Source: an uncultured Gammaproteobacteria bacterium (GTDB lineage Bacteria; Patescibacteriota; Patescibacteriia; Patescibacteriales; GWC2-42-12). Taken from it: DNA of 64,000 nucleotides. The notes beneath the pieces were generated by a model. That model was given only the letters and a program-made list of their open reading frames with translations, did not search any database and was not told the DNA's origin. Every line of letters starts with the position of its first letter. Positions within the stretch are counted from its first letter, which is position 1. Below, in pieces: positions 14,000 to 24,699 of this stretch. The stretch covers positions 77,079 to 141,078 of the forward strand of contig CAZLKB010000001.1 in NCBI GenBank assembly GCA_964560005.1, read 5' to 3'. The translations under genes and the position numbers were made by a program.

Positions 14000-16817
14000 T
14001 AACTGCAATATTCTCCATCTCCCCCCAATTATCCCCCTGCTTGGCGTCAACCACAATCGGCACTTTTAATTTTATAACATCTTCCATAATCTTTTTAATC
14101 TTTTCTGATACTTCGACAACCAAACCATCTTTGACCTCAAACACTAACTCATCATGCACCTGCAGCAACATCCGCACTGGCGCAATTTCTGATCCGCGTT
14201 CCTTCGCGTATAATTCGCTTATCATTCGTGCTACCCTGATCATGGCTATCTTAATTATATCGGCCGCTGTTCCTTGAAGCGGCGTATTGATCGCCATTCG
14301 TTCGGCTGATTTGCGCGCCTGGATGGCCGAAGAGTCAATCTCGGGTAGAAATCTTCTCCGGCCGAACAGAGTTTCAGTATAGCCCTTGGTCCTGGCTAAC
14401 GCAATAGTTTCATCAACAAATTCTTTTACGCCGCTATAGGCGATAAAATATTTTTCTATAAAATCTTTAGCCCGAGCATAAGGAATCTCCGCGCCTTGCG
14501 ATAGCCCGTGCGGCCCTTGGCCGTATAAAATGCCGAAATTAACCGCTTTGGCTTCCCTCCTTAATTCCGGAGTCACTTCTTCTGGTTTGATTTGATTAAT
14601 CTCCGCGGCGGTGGCTGTGTGAATATCTTCGCCCTGCTTAAAAGCGGTAATCAGTTTCTTATCGCCCGACATATGAGCCGCTAACCGCAGCTCTATCTGG
14701 GAATAATCAAGCGATAATAATTTATAACCCTGATCGGCCACGAACGCCCGCCTGATCCTCTTGCCCAATTCAGTCCTAATCGGAATATTCTGTAAATTCG
14801 GTTCGGTTGATGACAACCGCCCGGTAGCGGTTACGGCCTGATTAAAACTGGTATGCAACCGACCGGTTTTTAGATTAACCAGCTTTGGTAGAGACTCTAT
14901 GTAGGTCGTTGATAGTTTTGTCAGCTCGCGGTAGTCCTGGATTAAATCAATAATCGGATGCTGGCCTTTAAGCTTGGCTAACTCATCGGCCCCGGTAGAT
15001 AAGCCGGTTTTACCCTTGCTAATGCCAAGAGCCGGAATAGCCAATTTTTCAAACAAAATTTCGCGGAGTTGCTGGGTGGAATTTATGTTAAAATCCGAGC
15101 CGGCTAAATCATGAATCTTTTTTTCCAGCAAATGTATTTTTTTATCAACTTCGCGGCCGATATCGGCTAAAAATTCTTTATCAATTTTTATGCCGTTTAT
15201 TTCCATGACGGTTAGCACTAAAACCAAAGGCATTTCAATTTCGTAAAATAATTTATCAATCTTTTGTTTTTTTAATTCCGGCACTAATTTTTTTATTAAA
15301 CGATTGGTGAAGTCCGCGTCCTCGCAGGAATAATTATATAGTTTTTCCACCGCTACCTGGCTAAAACTGATTTTATCTTTGCCTCTGCCCAGTAAATCCT
15401 CTTTGGTAATTTTTTGATGATTAAAATAATTAAAAGTTACGGCATCTAAATTATGCTGGCGGCTGCCCGGATTAAGGAGGTACGAAGCTACCATGGAATC
15501 GGCCGCTACGCCTCTTACTATAACGCCTTGGCTGGCCATCACCTCAAGATCATATTTAATATTGTGCCCATACTTTTTTATTTTCTCATTCTCCATTATC
15601 GGCTTCAGCCTCTCCAGCCAAGCGTTACCGGCTTTTTTCTTATTCTGATAATCAAACAAATTACTTCTTGCTTCTGACTTCTTACTTCTAACTTCCAAAT
15701 AATAGGCTTCACCCGCCTGCCAGGAAAAACTTATACCTAAGAGCTCGGTATTGATCGGATCAAAATTCGCCGTTTCAGTGTCAAAGGTAAATTCCTTTTG
15801 CTTAGCCAGGGCTTTGAAAAAACTATTGAATTTTTTTTCACTATCCACCAGCTGGTAAGCAAATGATTCTAGATTTCTTTTGAATTTATCCTCTGCTTCA
15901 TAGTCTGGTTTTTTCTCTAAAGACTTTTTGGCGTCTTGCGCTAGGCCTTGCAGCCTGGGCAGGAGAGACTTGAAGTCCAGTTCATTAAACAGTTTTCCTA
16001 ATTTTTCCTGATCAAATTGGCCGAAACGCGCGTTTTTCAAATCAAAGTCAATTTCAGCATCGCGTTTTATAGTCGCTAAATCCTTACTCATGTAAGCATT
16101 GTCTTTATATTGAATTAGCAGTTCACGAATGCGATCTCTAATCTTGCCGGATTTAATGTTCAGGTAGACATTATCCAAAGTCTTAAAAGCTTGCAGCAGT
16201 TCAATCGCCGTCTTTTCGCCGATGCCCTTAACTCCGGGAATATTATCCGAAGGGTCGCCGCGCAAGGCTTTAAAATCAATCATCTGCCCGGGCTCAAGCC
16301 CGTATCTTTGCTTGACCGCCTTTTCGTCGTATATCATGGAGTCGGTTAAGCCGCGCTTCATGGTATAGACCTTGGTATGACCGTTAATCAACTGCAGAGT
16401 GTCCATATCGCCGGTAACAATAATTTTTTCAACCGCGCCGTCAACCAGACTGGCTAAAGTGCCGATTAGATCATCGGCTTCAAATCCGGCCAATTCAAAA
16501 ATCGGAATATTAAAGCCTCTGGCGATTTCCTTAACGCGGGGAATTTGCGCATACAATTCATCCGGCGCCTTGACTCTGGTGGCTTTATAGCCGGCGAATT
16601 GCTTATGGCGAAATGTCTTTTCCTTTCTATCTAAAGTTAAAACCACATATTCCGGTTTAAACTCGCGCAAAGCCTTTATTAGAACCGAGGTAAAGCCATA
16701 AACCGCGTTTATAATTTCGCCGGTCTTAGTGGTTAAGGGCGGCAAAGCGTGAAAACTCCGATGGATCAGCGCATTGCCGTCAATAATCATTAATGTTTCT
16801 TTTTGTTGTTTACTCAT
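13995..16817 (-). CDS. polA: DNA polymerase I
   Basis: 940 aa with 5'-3' exonuclease, 3'-5' exonuclease-like and family A polymerase domains (RRxAKxxNFGxxYG, QVHDELVFE). Confidence 0.95.
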   Translation of the reverse strand: MSKQQKETLMIIDGNALIHRSFHALPPLTTKTGEIINAVYGFTSVLIKALREFKPEYVVLTLDRKEKTFRHKQFAGYKATRVKAPDELYAQIPRVKEIARGFNIPIFELAGFEADDLIGTLASLVDGAVEKIIVTGDMDTLQLINGHTKVYTMKRGLTDSMIYDEKAVKQRYGLEPGQMIDFKALRGDPSDNIPGVKGIGEKTAIELLQAFKTLDNVYLNIKSGKIRDRIRELLIQYKDNAYMSKDLATIKRDAEIDFDLKNARFGQFDQEKLGKLFNELDFKSLLPRLQGLAQDAKKSLEKKPDYEAEDKFKRNLESFAYQLVDSEKKFNSFFKALAKQKEFTFDTETANFDPINTELLGISFSWQAGEAYYLEVRSKKSEARSNLFDYQNKKKAGNAWLERLKPIMENEKIKKYGHNIKYDLEVMASQGVIVRGVAADSMVASYLLNPGSRQHNLDAVTFNYFNHQKITKEDLLGRGKDKISFSQVAVEKLYNYSCEDADFTNRLIKKLVPELKKQKIDKLFYEIEMPLVLVLTVMEINGIKIDKEFLADIGREVDKKIHLLEKKIHDLAGSDFNINSTQQLREILFEKLAIPALGISKGKTGLSTGADELAKLKGQHPIIDLIQDYRELTKLSTTYIESLPKLVNLKTGRLHTSFNQAVTATGRLSSTEPNLQNIPIRTELGKRIRRAFVADQGYKLLSLDYSQIELRLAAHMSGDKKLITAFKQGEDIHTATAAEINQIKPEEVTPELRREAKAVNFGILYGQGPHGLSQGAEIPYARAKDFIEKYFIAYSGVKEFVDETIALARTKGYTETLFGRRRFLPEIDSSAIQARKSAERMAINTPLQGTAADIIKIAMIRVARMISELYAKERGSEIAPVRMLLQVHDELVFEVKDGLVVEVSEKIKKIMEDVIKLKVPIVVDAKQGDNWGEMENIAVN

Positions 16818-16922
16818 ACTGATATTACATCACAACAAACCGGATAAATCAACTAAAAAAATCAGGCTCTTTGATAACTATTGCCTGATTTACAAAATGT
16901 AGAGTTTTGGTTAAATTTATCT

Positions 16923-17363
16923 CTAAATAACCAAAAATATAAAAAATAATACTACCGCTAAGACGATTTCTTGCTTAGAAAAATAATTAATCGGGCCGCG
17001 CAAATTTACTTTTTTATACGGATAAAACGGGAAGTAATCCTGATCGTCCAGCGAATCTAAAATTAAGTGGCTTAAATATGCCGAGCCGAATATCAGGCCG
17101 ATCTTAAAATCAATCATTAGCATAATGCCGGAAACAGCCAGGAAAAAAAATACATTATGAAAATAATTTCTCTGGTTATTAATTAAAGAATTTTGCTTGG
17201 TCGTGGCTAAAATTATTTTTTTAAATTTTAATAAAACATGGTTGCGGTAAAAGGCGAAAAAATGATCTAAATCAACCGCTGTGGCGCCGATAAAGGCGAC
17301 CGTATAATTACCCGTTAATTTACCGATGATTAAACCGGCGGCCAGATGAGTAGGTATGAGCAT
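16923..17363 (-). CDS. Membrane-bound metal-dependent hydrolase (YdjM/DUF457-like)
   Basis: 146 aa. His/Asp pattern THL..DLDHF..HN..SHLILDSLDD across TM segments. Confidence 0.5.
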   Translation of the reverse strand: MLIPTHLAAGLIIGKLTGNYTVAFIGATAVDLDHFFAFYRNHVLLKFKKIILATTKQNSLINNQRNYFHNVFFFLAVSGIMLMIDFKIGLIFGSAYLSHLILDSLDDQDYFPFYPYKKVNLRGPINYFSKQEIVLAVVLFFIFLVI

Positions 17364-17390
17364 AGGTTTAGGATTTGATTAATACTTTTG

Positions 17391-17461
17391 TGGACCTGAG
17401 GGGAATCGAACCCCTATCTCCCGGATGCAAACCGGGTGCTCTACCATTAAGCTACAGGCCC
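17391..17461 (-). tRNA. tRNA-Ala(TGC)
   Basis: Acceptor GGGCCTG/CAGGTCC with G3:U70, anticodon loop TTTGCAT, T-arm AGGGG-TTCGATT-CCCCT. Confidence 0.9.
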
Positions 17462-17580
17462 CAAAAATTAATTTAAAATATTAAATTTTAAATTTAAAAT
17501 GAATGACAAATTAATTAATTTTAAATTTAGTCAATCAAAATTGATTTAAAATTTGTAATTTAAAATTTAAAATTTTGCTA

Positions 17581-17829
17581 TTATTTATATACTCTTAGCA
17601 ACGGCGATAACACCCAGTTTAAAAAACCGTTAATCATGTTGGTCATAATTAAAAAGCCGATAAAAATCGTAGCTAAACCGATAATTTTGTAACCCAGCCT
17701 GGAGCCGCCTTCAGTGCCTAAATGCCGCTCAAAAAATTCAATTCTGCCGAAAGAATTTAACATGGCCTCTGATTTAATCACGATCGCCACGCCGATTGCC
17801 AGTATAATCAGACCGATAATAATATACAT
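17581..17829 (-). CDS. Hypothetical small membrane protein
   Basis: 82 aa with two hydrophobic helices. ATG start. Confidence 0.4.
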   Translation of the reverse strand: MYIIIGLIILAIGVAIVIKSEAMLNSFGRIEFFERHLGTEGGSRLGYKIIGLATIFIGFLIMTNMINGFLNWVLSPLLRVYK

Positions 17830-17906
17830 AAAATTAATTTTTAAATTATATTTAGATATTAAAAATTATAATATTATTTAAAAATTAAAAATTACAAAAT
17901 TTAAAA

Positions 17907-19241
17907 TTACTTTAAGTAATTTAACGGATTATATTTCACGCCGTTTACTATATACTCAAAATGCAGGTGCGGGCCGGTGGAGTTGCCGGTTGAACCCATG
18001 GCGCCGATAGCTTCGCCCTTATCAACCTGTTCGCCTTTTTTAACATAAAACTTGGATAAATGCCCATAACGCGACTTTCGTCCGCCGCCGTGATCTATCA
18101 CAATCTGATTACCATAGCCTGTGCCCCAGCCGGCCACTTCAATGACGCCGGCATCGCAAGCGTAAATCGGCGTACCTTTCTTGTTGGCGATATCAATGGC
18201 GTGGTGGCGCCAAGAGAAATACTGCGTTAGTCGAGCGCCGACGGTCGGCCAAGCTAATTTATTGCTGATAATTGATTTTAAGCTTTCCGGCTTAAATAAA
18301 TCCATAATTGAAGCCGCCGAAGCGCTTGGTGCAGCTTGGCTGGAGGCAACATAAACCTTCCTGCCGCCCGGTATAATCAGCTTTTGGCCTACGGCCAGCA
18401 TTTCCGCGCTGGCTATCTTGTTGGCTTCTAAAATAACATTAACCTCAATGCCATATTTAGAGGCGACAGCAGCTAAAGTATCCCCGCGCTTAACGCTATG
18501 CGTTACTCCGGTCATCGGTAAAATAGCTAATTTGTTGCCCGGCCTGATTAAACTATAGGCGCTAAGGTTGTTTTCCCATAAGATGGTATTAACGCTGATG
18601 CCGAATTGAGCCGCAATCGTGCTGACGGTATCGCCGCTCTGCACCACATAATCAATCGTGCTTTCTCTCGGCCTTTGACCCCGGCTGGTAGCCGCCAGAC
18701 CCGGCTTGACGATCGCGCCGCCGCCTTGAGTATTGCCTTGAGTGTCCTCGAATAAAGCGCCTTCTTCCGGCGCGGCCATCTCCGCCGTTGGCTGGATTCT
18801 AACCGCGGTTAAATTATCCAAATAAGTCTGCTGAACCGGAGTAATAGTCGCCTCTTCATCAAAGTATTCCTCAATCAACTGGTCGGTTTCGCCGAATTCA
18901 CCGGATATTATTTCCGATAGAAAAGTCCTGCCGGTCATTTCTTGGGGCGATACCGCCTGGGTTTTTTGGGTTAAATTAAAAACCATGAAAAATATCGTCG
19001 CCGCCGCTACGACAACATGTATTAATTTTTGATTGACGAACAGAGCAAAGGATTTATTTTTAATGCCGCCGCTCCAACCTAAGCGTTTTATTACGGTTAA
19101 ATACAGCCGATACAGCCTAACGATTAATTTATAAAACAGAAAACGAAGCACCGACTTACCCGGCTTATATAGTAAGCTTACAAAAAAAGCGGTTGACAAC
19201 CTCTTTATAAAAATTAAAGAATTTATGAAAAATATCAGCAA
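17907..19241 (-). CDS. LysM-domain M23 family metallopeptidase
   Basis: Two LysM repeats (YVVQSGDTVSTIA, HSVKRGDTLAAVA) and M23 motifs HHAIDI..GSTGNSTGPHLHFE. The track start is TTG, so the true start is uncertain. Confidence 0.85.
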   Translation of the reverse strand: MLIFFINSLIFIKRLSTAFFVSLLYKPGKSVLRFLFYKLIVRLYRLYLTVIKRLGWSGGIKNKSFALFVNQKLIHVVVAAATIFFMVFNLTQKTQAVSPQEMTGRTFLSEIISGEFGETDQLIEEYFDEEATITPVQQTYLDNLTAVRIQPTAEMAAPEEGALFEDTQGNTQGGGAIVKPGLAATSRGQRPRESTIDYVVQSGDTVSTIAAQFGISVNTILWENNLSAYSLIRPGNKLAILPMTGVTHSVKRGDTLAAVASKYGIEVNVILEANKIASAEMLAVGQKLIIPGGRKVYVASSQAAPSASAASIMDLFKPESLKSIISNKLAWPTVGARLTQYFSWRHHAIDIANKKGTPIYACDAGVIEVAGWGTGYGNQIVIDHGGGRKSRYGHLSKFYVKKGEQVDKGEAIGAMGSTGNSTGPHLHFEYIVNGVKYNPLNYLK

Positions 19242-19376
19242 GTTTACCGATATTTTCTTAATATTTCTACTAATATTTTTGTTGGTTAAATATTATAATT
19301 AACATCGTTATATTAACATTTTCACCTGGCTTAGTCAACCTCAATAACTTATATGGATTGTCAATGACAAATAACA

Positions 19377-19410
19377 TAAAACAGCCCGGCGATACCTAGG
19401 CTGTTTTATT
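19377..19410. terminator. Bidirectional hairpin terminator
   Basis: AAAACAGCC..GGCTGTTTTATT, just downstream of the rnj stop. Confidence 0.5.
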
Positions 19411-19430
19411 AATCCGCTTTAAATTCGCGG

Positions 19431-21230
19431 TTACACTTTGATCACGACCGGTAATACCATGGGCCGGCGCTTAGTCTGGCCGAAAAGAAATTGGCCGATG
19501 TCATTTCTGATTTTATTCTTGATGTAGTCATCATCCGCCGGGGTGCGAGGATTATGATCTTTAACGATTTTCTTCACTTTCATCCTGGTTTTTTGAATTA
19601 ACTCTTTGTTTTCTTTCATATAGACGAAGCCGCGAGAGATAATGTCCGGATTGCCGATAGTGTCGCCGGTCTTGGAATCAATCGTGGCGATAATGACGAT
19701 CATGCCGTCTTCAGCCATAACCCGGCGATCCCGCAAAACGATGTTGGAAACATCGCCAACGCCCAAACCATCAACCATAACATAATCGGTTAAAACTTTA
19801 TCTTTGGTCAATTTACCTGAAACTCTGCCGTCAAGTTTAGAAAATTCAACAATTTGCCCGTTGTCGGCCACAAAAATTTTATCCTTGGGAATACCCACTT
19901 GCTCGGCCAGTTCGGCATGAGCCTGCAACATATAGTGATTGGCTTCTATGGGCATAAAATACTCCGGCTTGATTAAGCGCATCATTAATTTTAAGTCTTC
20001 CTGTTTGGCGTGGCCGCCGGCATGCACATCCATCATTTCATAGTTGATTACTTTAGCGCCTTGCCTGACTATAATATCTCTTAAGGTTTGAATTGTCCTT
20101 TCATTGCCCGGAATGACAGAGGAAGAAAAAATTACCGTATCGCCAGCTTTTAAATTAATACTGCGATGTTCGCCGTTAACCACCCGCATCAAAAAGGCGT
20201 TAGACTCGCCTTGCGCGCCGGTGCCGATGATAATAATTTTATTATCCGGCAAGCGGTTTAATTCATGATCTTCAACCAAGATTCTGGGGTTGAATTTAAG
20301 GTAGCCGATCTGGTGGGCGATTTCCACATTATCATTCATGCTCCGTCCCTGCAAGTTTATCCGGCGTCCGAATTTTTCCCCCAAGTCAAAAAGTTTCTGG
20401 ATGCGGCTTAGCTGCGAAGCGAAAGTGCCGATGATAATCCTGCCGTCCAATTTATCAAAAATACGGCTCATTTCATCGCCGATGGAAGACTCGCTAACCT
20501 GATAACCCGGATGAGTGGCATCGGTAGAGTCCGCCATGAGTAAGAGAACACCCCGGCCGCCGATTTGAGCGATGCGATTTAAATCCGCCGGCCTATCGTT
20601 GACCGGAGAATAGTCTATCTTAAAATCGCCCGAATGAATAATCGTGCCCACCGGCGTATGGATAATAACGGCGAAACAATCGGGAATGGAATGGTTCACC
20701 CTTAAGGTTTCCACTCGAAAATTTCTGCCTAACTGCAATTTTGAATCTTCATTAATTTCGGCGATGTTTAATTTCGGGCATTTATTGAATTCTTCCGCTC
20801 TTTTTCGGACTATGCCGGCCGTCAATTTCCCCATAAACATCGGCGGATTGCCTAACTTGCCCATTAGATGAGGAATGCCGCCGATATGGTCGTAATGGCC
20901 GTGAGTGATAATTACGCCCTTGATCATGTCGGTTTTATCTTCCAAATAGTTTACATTAGGAATGATGTAATCAATGCCCGGCATGTCTTCTTCCGGAAAC
21001 TGTAACCCCATGTCCACGATGATGATTTCTTTATCATACTCAAAAACGGTCATATTACGGCCGACTTCTTCCAAGCCGCCTAAGACTATGACCTTTAACC
21101 TGCTTTCAGGGTGAATTGCTGCCGTCGTTTTCATCGAATTGGATTCAAAACGCCCGGGAGCGAATTCCCTGCCTGTTCTGGCCAGACCGCCAGATTGCTT
21201 TCTAGCTCTTGATTTGTACTTTGTAATCAT
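19431..21230 (-). CDS. rnj: Ribonuclease J
   Basis: 599 aa. Metallo-beta-lactamase motif ITHGHYDHIGG and a beta-CASP region. An alternative start at 21134 is possible. Confidence 0.9.
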   Translation of the reverse strand: MITKYKSRARKQSGGLARTGREFAPGRFESNSMKTTAAIHPESRLKVIVLGGLEEVGRNMTVFEYDKEIIIVDMGLQFPEEDMPGIDYIIPNVNYLEDKTDMIKGVIITHGHYDHIGGIPHLMGKLGNPPMFMGKLTAGIVRKRAEEFNKCPKLNIAEINEDSKLQLGRNFRVETLRVNHSIPDCFAVIIHTPVGTIIHSGDFKIDYSPVNDRPADLNRIAQIGGRGVLLLMADSTDATHPGYQVSESSIGDEMSRIFDKLDGRIIIGTFASQLSRIQKLFDLGEKFGRRINLQGRSMNDNVEIAHQIGYLKFNPRILVEDHELNRLPDNKIIIIGTGAQGESNAFLMRVVNGEHRSINLKAGDTVIFSSSVIPGNERTIQTLRDIIVRQGAKVINYEMMDVHAGGHAKQEDLKLMMRLIKPEYFMPIEANHYMLQAHAELAEQVGIPKDKIFVADNGQIVEFSKLDGRVSGKLTKDKVLTDYVMVDGLGVGDVSNIVLRDRRVMAEDGMIVIIATIDSKTGDTIGNPDIISRGFVYMKENKELIQKTRMKVKKIVKDHNPRTPADDDYIKNKIRNDIGQFLFGQTKRRPMVLPVVIKV

Positions 21231-21332
21231 ACTTTCATTGTTTTTCCTCTGCGGCAGTAGCCGCAGTACGAATTGTTTATTAATTATTGAGAATTCGAAA
21301 ATCTAAAATCGACTTTCGAAAATTTTTTTATG

Positions 21333-21416
21333 TGCCGGAAAGAGGATTTGAACCTCCATGGGATTGCTCCCACAGCGCTCTGAACGCTGCGTGTATACCA
21401 ATTTCACCATTCCGGC
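21333..21416 (-). tRNA. tRNA-Leu(CAG)
   Basis: Acceptor GCCGGAA/TTCCGGC, anticodon loop TTCAGAG, 15-nt variable arm, T-arm GGAGG-TTCAAAT-CCTCT. Confidence 0.85.
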
Positions 21417-21433
21417 AATACAATTAATTATCT

Positions 21434-21823
21434 TTACCACTTTTTAATCTCGGGGTGAAAGTCAACTTGATAGGCTGGTATGCCTAAAAAAATCCCATAC
21501 TGTTTTACCTCGTCATATTGTTTTTTACTTTGCCTGTCGATAAAAAATACTTTTTGACGAAAAATAATATAATGATGAGAATTATTTTTAAAATCAGCGT
21601 ACCAGGAGTGGCGTGGATCAAGTGATTTGCTTAATTCTTCCGCTATTGGAGCGGCTTGATTTTCTAAAATTTCAACTGTATGTAAAGTCCAATGTTCAAC
21701 CCAAGGGGTTTTATGCCTTGCGGTAACTTTTTCAATTTTCGTCCTAATAATTTTTACTTTTTTCAAAACCTCTTTTTTCTCAAGACTCTCTTCAATTATG
21801 ACCCCAATGAAATTATTAGTCAT
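21434..21823 (-). CDS. Hypothetical protein
   Basis: Start moved to the ATG at 21823 (MTNNFIGVIIEE..), which removes the overlap with the upstream gene. Confidence 0.45.
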   Translation of the reverse strand: MTNNFIGVIIEESLEKKEVLKKVKIIRTKIEKVTARHKTPWVEHWTLHTVEILENQAAPIAEELSKSLDPRHSWYADFKNNSHHYIIFRQKVFFIDRQSKKQYDEVKQYGIFLGIPAYQVDFHPEIKKW

Positions 21824-21897
21824 ATTTGATCGTGCAAATGAACAAAAATTAATCCCAGCCCCGACTTTCCACATTATGCGATACGCATTATGCGCTT

Positions 21898-23820
21898 TTA
21901 CCAGACAATTTTTCTGCCTGTTTTCATATACCATTGATTAACATCGGCAAAACGATCGCTGGGTAAAATAATGCTTTTTACATTAAAGCCTTTAATATTT
22001 TTAGATTGAAGGTAGGTATAGTTGGGGCTATAAAGAAATATGGCCGGTTCATCCTCGGCAAGAATCTCCTGAAATTTTTTATATTTTTCCTGACGCACTT
22101 TTAGATCATTGGTCAGCCGGCCGTCTTCCAGCAATTTATCAACTTCCTTATTGCTGTAATCGGCGATATTTAAACCTCCCGGTCCGATTTGCGAAGAGTG
22201 CCAAAAAGGATAAGGGTCGGGATCGGCGCCGGTGATTTCACCGTAAAACAGCGCGGAAAAATTTCTATCCTTAATAATATCGGTTTGAATTTGATTGGCC
22301 GGCACCAGATTGATTATTGTTTTAATATTGACTGCCTGCCAAAATCCGGCGATTAACTCCGCCGTCCGGCTATATTCAGGGTTATCAACCGTAGTCAGCC
22401 TAATGGTTAAGTAATTATTATTTTTAATAAGCCACCGCCCGATTCCCATGTTTACTATGGCTTCGGCCTGTTTTTTAACCGCTTCATCTTCAGAAGTTGA
22501 ATCAGTCTTGGCTTTTTCAACATCCTCGCTCTTAATTTCCGCTATTTTCCAGCCGGCTTCAGTCAGCAATCGGCTGGAAGTGGCGACATCGTAATTATAT
22601 TTTTTGGTGTTATTATTATAGGCAAAACTATCCGGCAACACCGGCGAGTCAATCGCCCGGGCGTTACCGGCCATCACTTCGCTGATAATTTTATTCTTAT
22701 CAATCGCGTAAGCCAGGGCTTGACGCACTTTTTTATCCGCTAAATCCACATTTGATTTAGAATTGAAAAATACGGCTGATAATTTCGGCAAATTAAGATT
22801 GTAAAAACTCAAAGAATCTTGCGCTACCACTTCGCTTTTTGCCTGCTCGGGCAAATAGCTGATGCCGTTTATCAAACTGCTATTTAAAGCGGAAATTGAT
22901 TCGGTTAGATTGCCAAAAATCTTAAAGCTGAAATTAGTGATATGCGCCGGCCCGCCATAATATTCTTCATTGCTGATCAAATTATATGTTTTAATGTTGC
23001 CAGATTTATCCTTGATTAAAGATTTAAATTTATATCCGCCGGAACCGATCGGTTTTAGATTCAATTCCGCCAAACTCGCCGAGGCTGGCTCGATTTGCTG
23101 CCAAAGCTCCTCCGGCAGGATGCCGAAAGTTAAAAGGTCTAAAAATGCCGCGTAAGGTTCGGCTAAATTAAATTTAACCGTCTGTTCGTCTATTTTTTCA
23201 ATTTCCACGCCGGTAAAGCTGGTCCGTAAAGGAGATTTATATTGCGAGTTCTTAATCGCTTCAAAAGTAAAGACCACATCGTCGGCGGTTACCTTGCCGC
23301 CGTTGTGCCAAACGGCGTCGTTTCTGATTTTTAAAGTATAACTCTTGCTGTCTTCGCTTATTTTATAGCTTTCCGCCAGATCATTGGCCAACTGAGCGTT
23401 ATCTCCCCGTTTAAATAACGACGAGTAGACCAGGCTGGCGATATCGCTATCAACATCTGATACTATTGAATATAGAGGATTAATATATTTTATTGAACCG
23501 ACCACTCCTTCAGTGTACTCGCCGCCGTTCACCGGTATAATCTCTAAATGAGTTTTATAAAATCTGCCAGCTAAAAATAAAGAACTTAAAAGAATAACCA
23601 GCAAACAACTGCCGATGGTTAACCGTTCGGCTTGATTTAAATATTTTTTAACATATTTAAGCTGCTTGAAGCTGGGCCATCTTGATTTGGACAAAGAAAA
23701 AACCAATTTTTTATCTAACTCGGTTTGTGCCTGACCGCCCCTAAAAACAGGTTTTATCTTTTTGACAAACCGATTTAGGCTAAAGAAAAATTTTTTCAGC
23801 TTATAAAAAAATTGAGTCAT
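21898..23820 (-). CDS. ABC transporter substrate-binding protein, family 5 (peptide/nickel type), membrane-anchored
   Basis: 640 aa. N-terminal TM segment followed by a typical SBP_bac_5 pattern (AESYKISEDSKSYTLKIRNDAVWHNG). Confidence 0.8.
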   Translation of the reverse strand: MTQFFYKLKKFFFSLNRFVKKIKPVFRGGQAQTELDKKLVFSLSKSRWPSFKQLKYVKKYLNQAERLTIGSCLLVILLSSLFLAGRFYKTHLEIIPVNGGEYTEGVVGSIKYINPLYSIVSDVDSDIASLVYSSLFKRGDNAQLANDLAESYKISEDSKSYTLKIRNDAVWHNGGKVTADDVVFTFEAIKNSQYKSPLRTSFTGVEIEKIDEQTVKFNLAEPYAAFLDLLTFGILPEELWQQIEPASASLAELNLKPIGSGGYKFKSLIKDKSGNIKTYNLISNEEYYGGPAHITNFSFKIFGNLTESISALNSSLINGISYLPEQAKSEVVAQDSLSFYNLNLPKLSAVFFNSKSNVDLADKKVRQALAYAIDKNKIISEVMAGNARAIDSPVLPDSFAYNNNTKKYNYDVATSSRLLTEAGWKIAEIKSEDVEKAKTDSTSEDEAVKKQAEAIVNMGIGRWLIKNNNYLTIRLTTVDNPEYSRTAELIAGFWQAVNIKTIINLVPANQIQTDIIKDRNFSALFYGEITGADPDPYPFWHSSQIGPGGLNIADYSNKEVDKLLEDGRLTNDLKVRQEKYKKFQEILAEDEPAIFLYSPNYTYLQSKNIKGFNVKSIILPSDRFADVNQWYMKTGRKIVW

Positions 23821-23892
23821 TTAATAAAAACTTAAGCCGTCCTCCTAAAACTAGCCCTTGTCCGGTTAAATTACCGCCTACTCCGCTGATAT

Positions 23893-24117
23893 TTAACGGG
23901 CAGAGTATAACAAAACAACGGCTAACGAGATCGCGAAAAACAAAACGCCTAAAATTATAGTCAGAAAAAATAATTTTTTTTCAATACCCCGCTTTGTCCG
24001 ATAAATATTGCCGCCGCCGCCGAAAACGCCGGATAAGCCGACGCCGCGACTCTGCAAAAGAATCGCCAGCATAAGTAAAATAGCAATAACAATCTGAGCT
24101 ATTTGTATACTTTTCAT
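23893..24117 (-). CDS. secG: Preprotein translocase subunit SecG
   Basis: 74 aa, two TM segments with a glycine-rich loop LSGVFGGGGN. Confidence 0.75.
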   Translation of the reverse strand: MKSIQIAQIVIAILLMLAILLQSRGVGLSGVFGGGGNIYRTKRGIEKKLFFLTIILGVLFFAISLAVVLLYSAR

Positions 24118-24214
24118 AATAATGAGAATTTATCGGTATTATTAAGATTATGAGGATTAAAGACAGATTTATTTAACGGGATTCACCCTGTTAAATCCCT
24201 ACGGGAGGCAAAGC

Positions 24215-24568
24215 CTATTTAACGGTGTTAACCTGTTCTAAAATTTTAAGCAGAACGGTCTTATTATTAACCGCTAAATCGGCTAAAATTTTTCTGTCCA
24301 GTTCAATTTTATTTACTTTTAAGAGATGGATAAACTTGGAATAAGACAAGCCTTGCTCTTTGGCGAAAGCGCTGATTTTAATCTGCCACAAAGCTCGGTT
24401 ATCGCGCTTTTTTATCCTGCGGTCAAAATAGGCGTTAACTCCGGCCTTAATCACCGCCTCGCTGGCTCGGCGAATTAAATTCTTCCTGCCCCATTTATAG
24501 CCTTTAGCTCTTTTTAGCAAGTTTCTTCTCTTTTTAAGATGACTCTTGGCTCTCTTGACTCTTGGCAT
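24215..24568 (-). CDS. rplT: 50S ribosomal protein L20
   Basis: MPRVKRAKSHLKKRRNLLKRAKGY.. Confidence 0.95.
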   Translation of the reverse strand: MPRVKRAKSHLKKRRNLLKRAKGYKWGRKNLIRRASEAVIKAGVNAYFDRRIKKRDNRALWQIKISAFAKEQGLSYSKFIHLLKVNKIELDRKILADLAVNNKTVLLKILEQVNTVK

Positions 24569-24699
24569 AATAAATAATGAAAAATGTAAAAATCAAAGTT
24601 CAAAGTGACAATTTAAAAATGTAAAATGCTTTAATTTAAAATTTTTTAATTTTTAATTTTGCATTGTCATTTTCCATTTTGATTTTTTAATTTTTAACT
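24569..24699. repeat. AT-rich low-complexity inverted-repeat spacer (AAAATGTAAAAT / TGTCATTTT theme)
   Basis: Fills the whole rpmI-rplT gap. The right half TTTGCATTGTCATTTTCCATTTTGAT is shared with 33340-33444 and 63815-63955. Confidence 0.55.

Noticed and set aside
13862-14056. Track ORFs lying in repeats: 13862-14056, 30990-31211, 30130-30312, 418-621 and 498-692.
   Set aside because: They are translations of the type A cores (..WRWLEQSSLQK, ..WWWLKQSSFQK) or of the GC-hairpin repeat (CHSR..GNP, KAGIQ, SFPRR). Similarity is at the nucleotide level, the frames differ between copies, and they overlap real genes or arms.
17462-17580. The AAATTTAAAAT-rich spacer after tRNA-Ala might be a distinct inverted repeat.
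   Set aside because: The word is nearly self-complementary, so direct and inverted arrangements cannot be distinguished by eye. I treat it only as an AT-rich low-complexity spacer.
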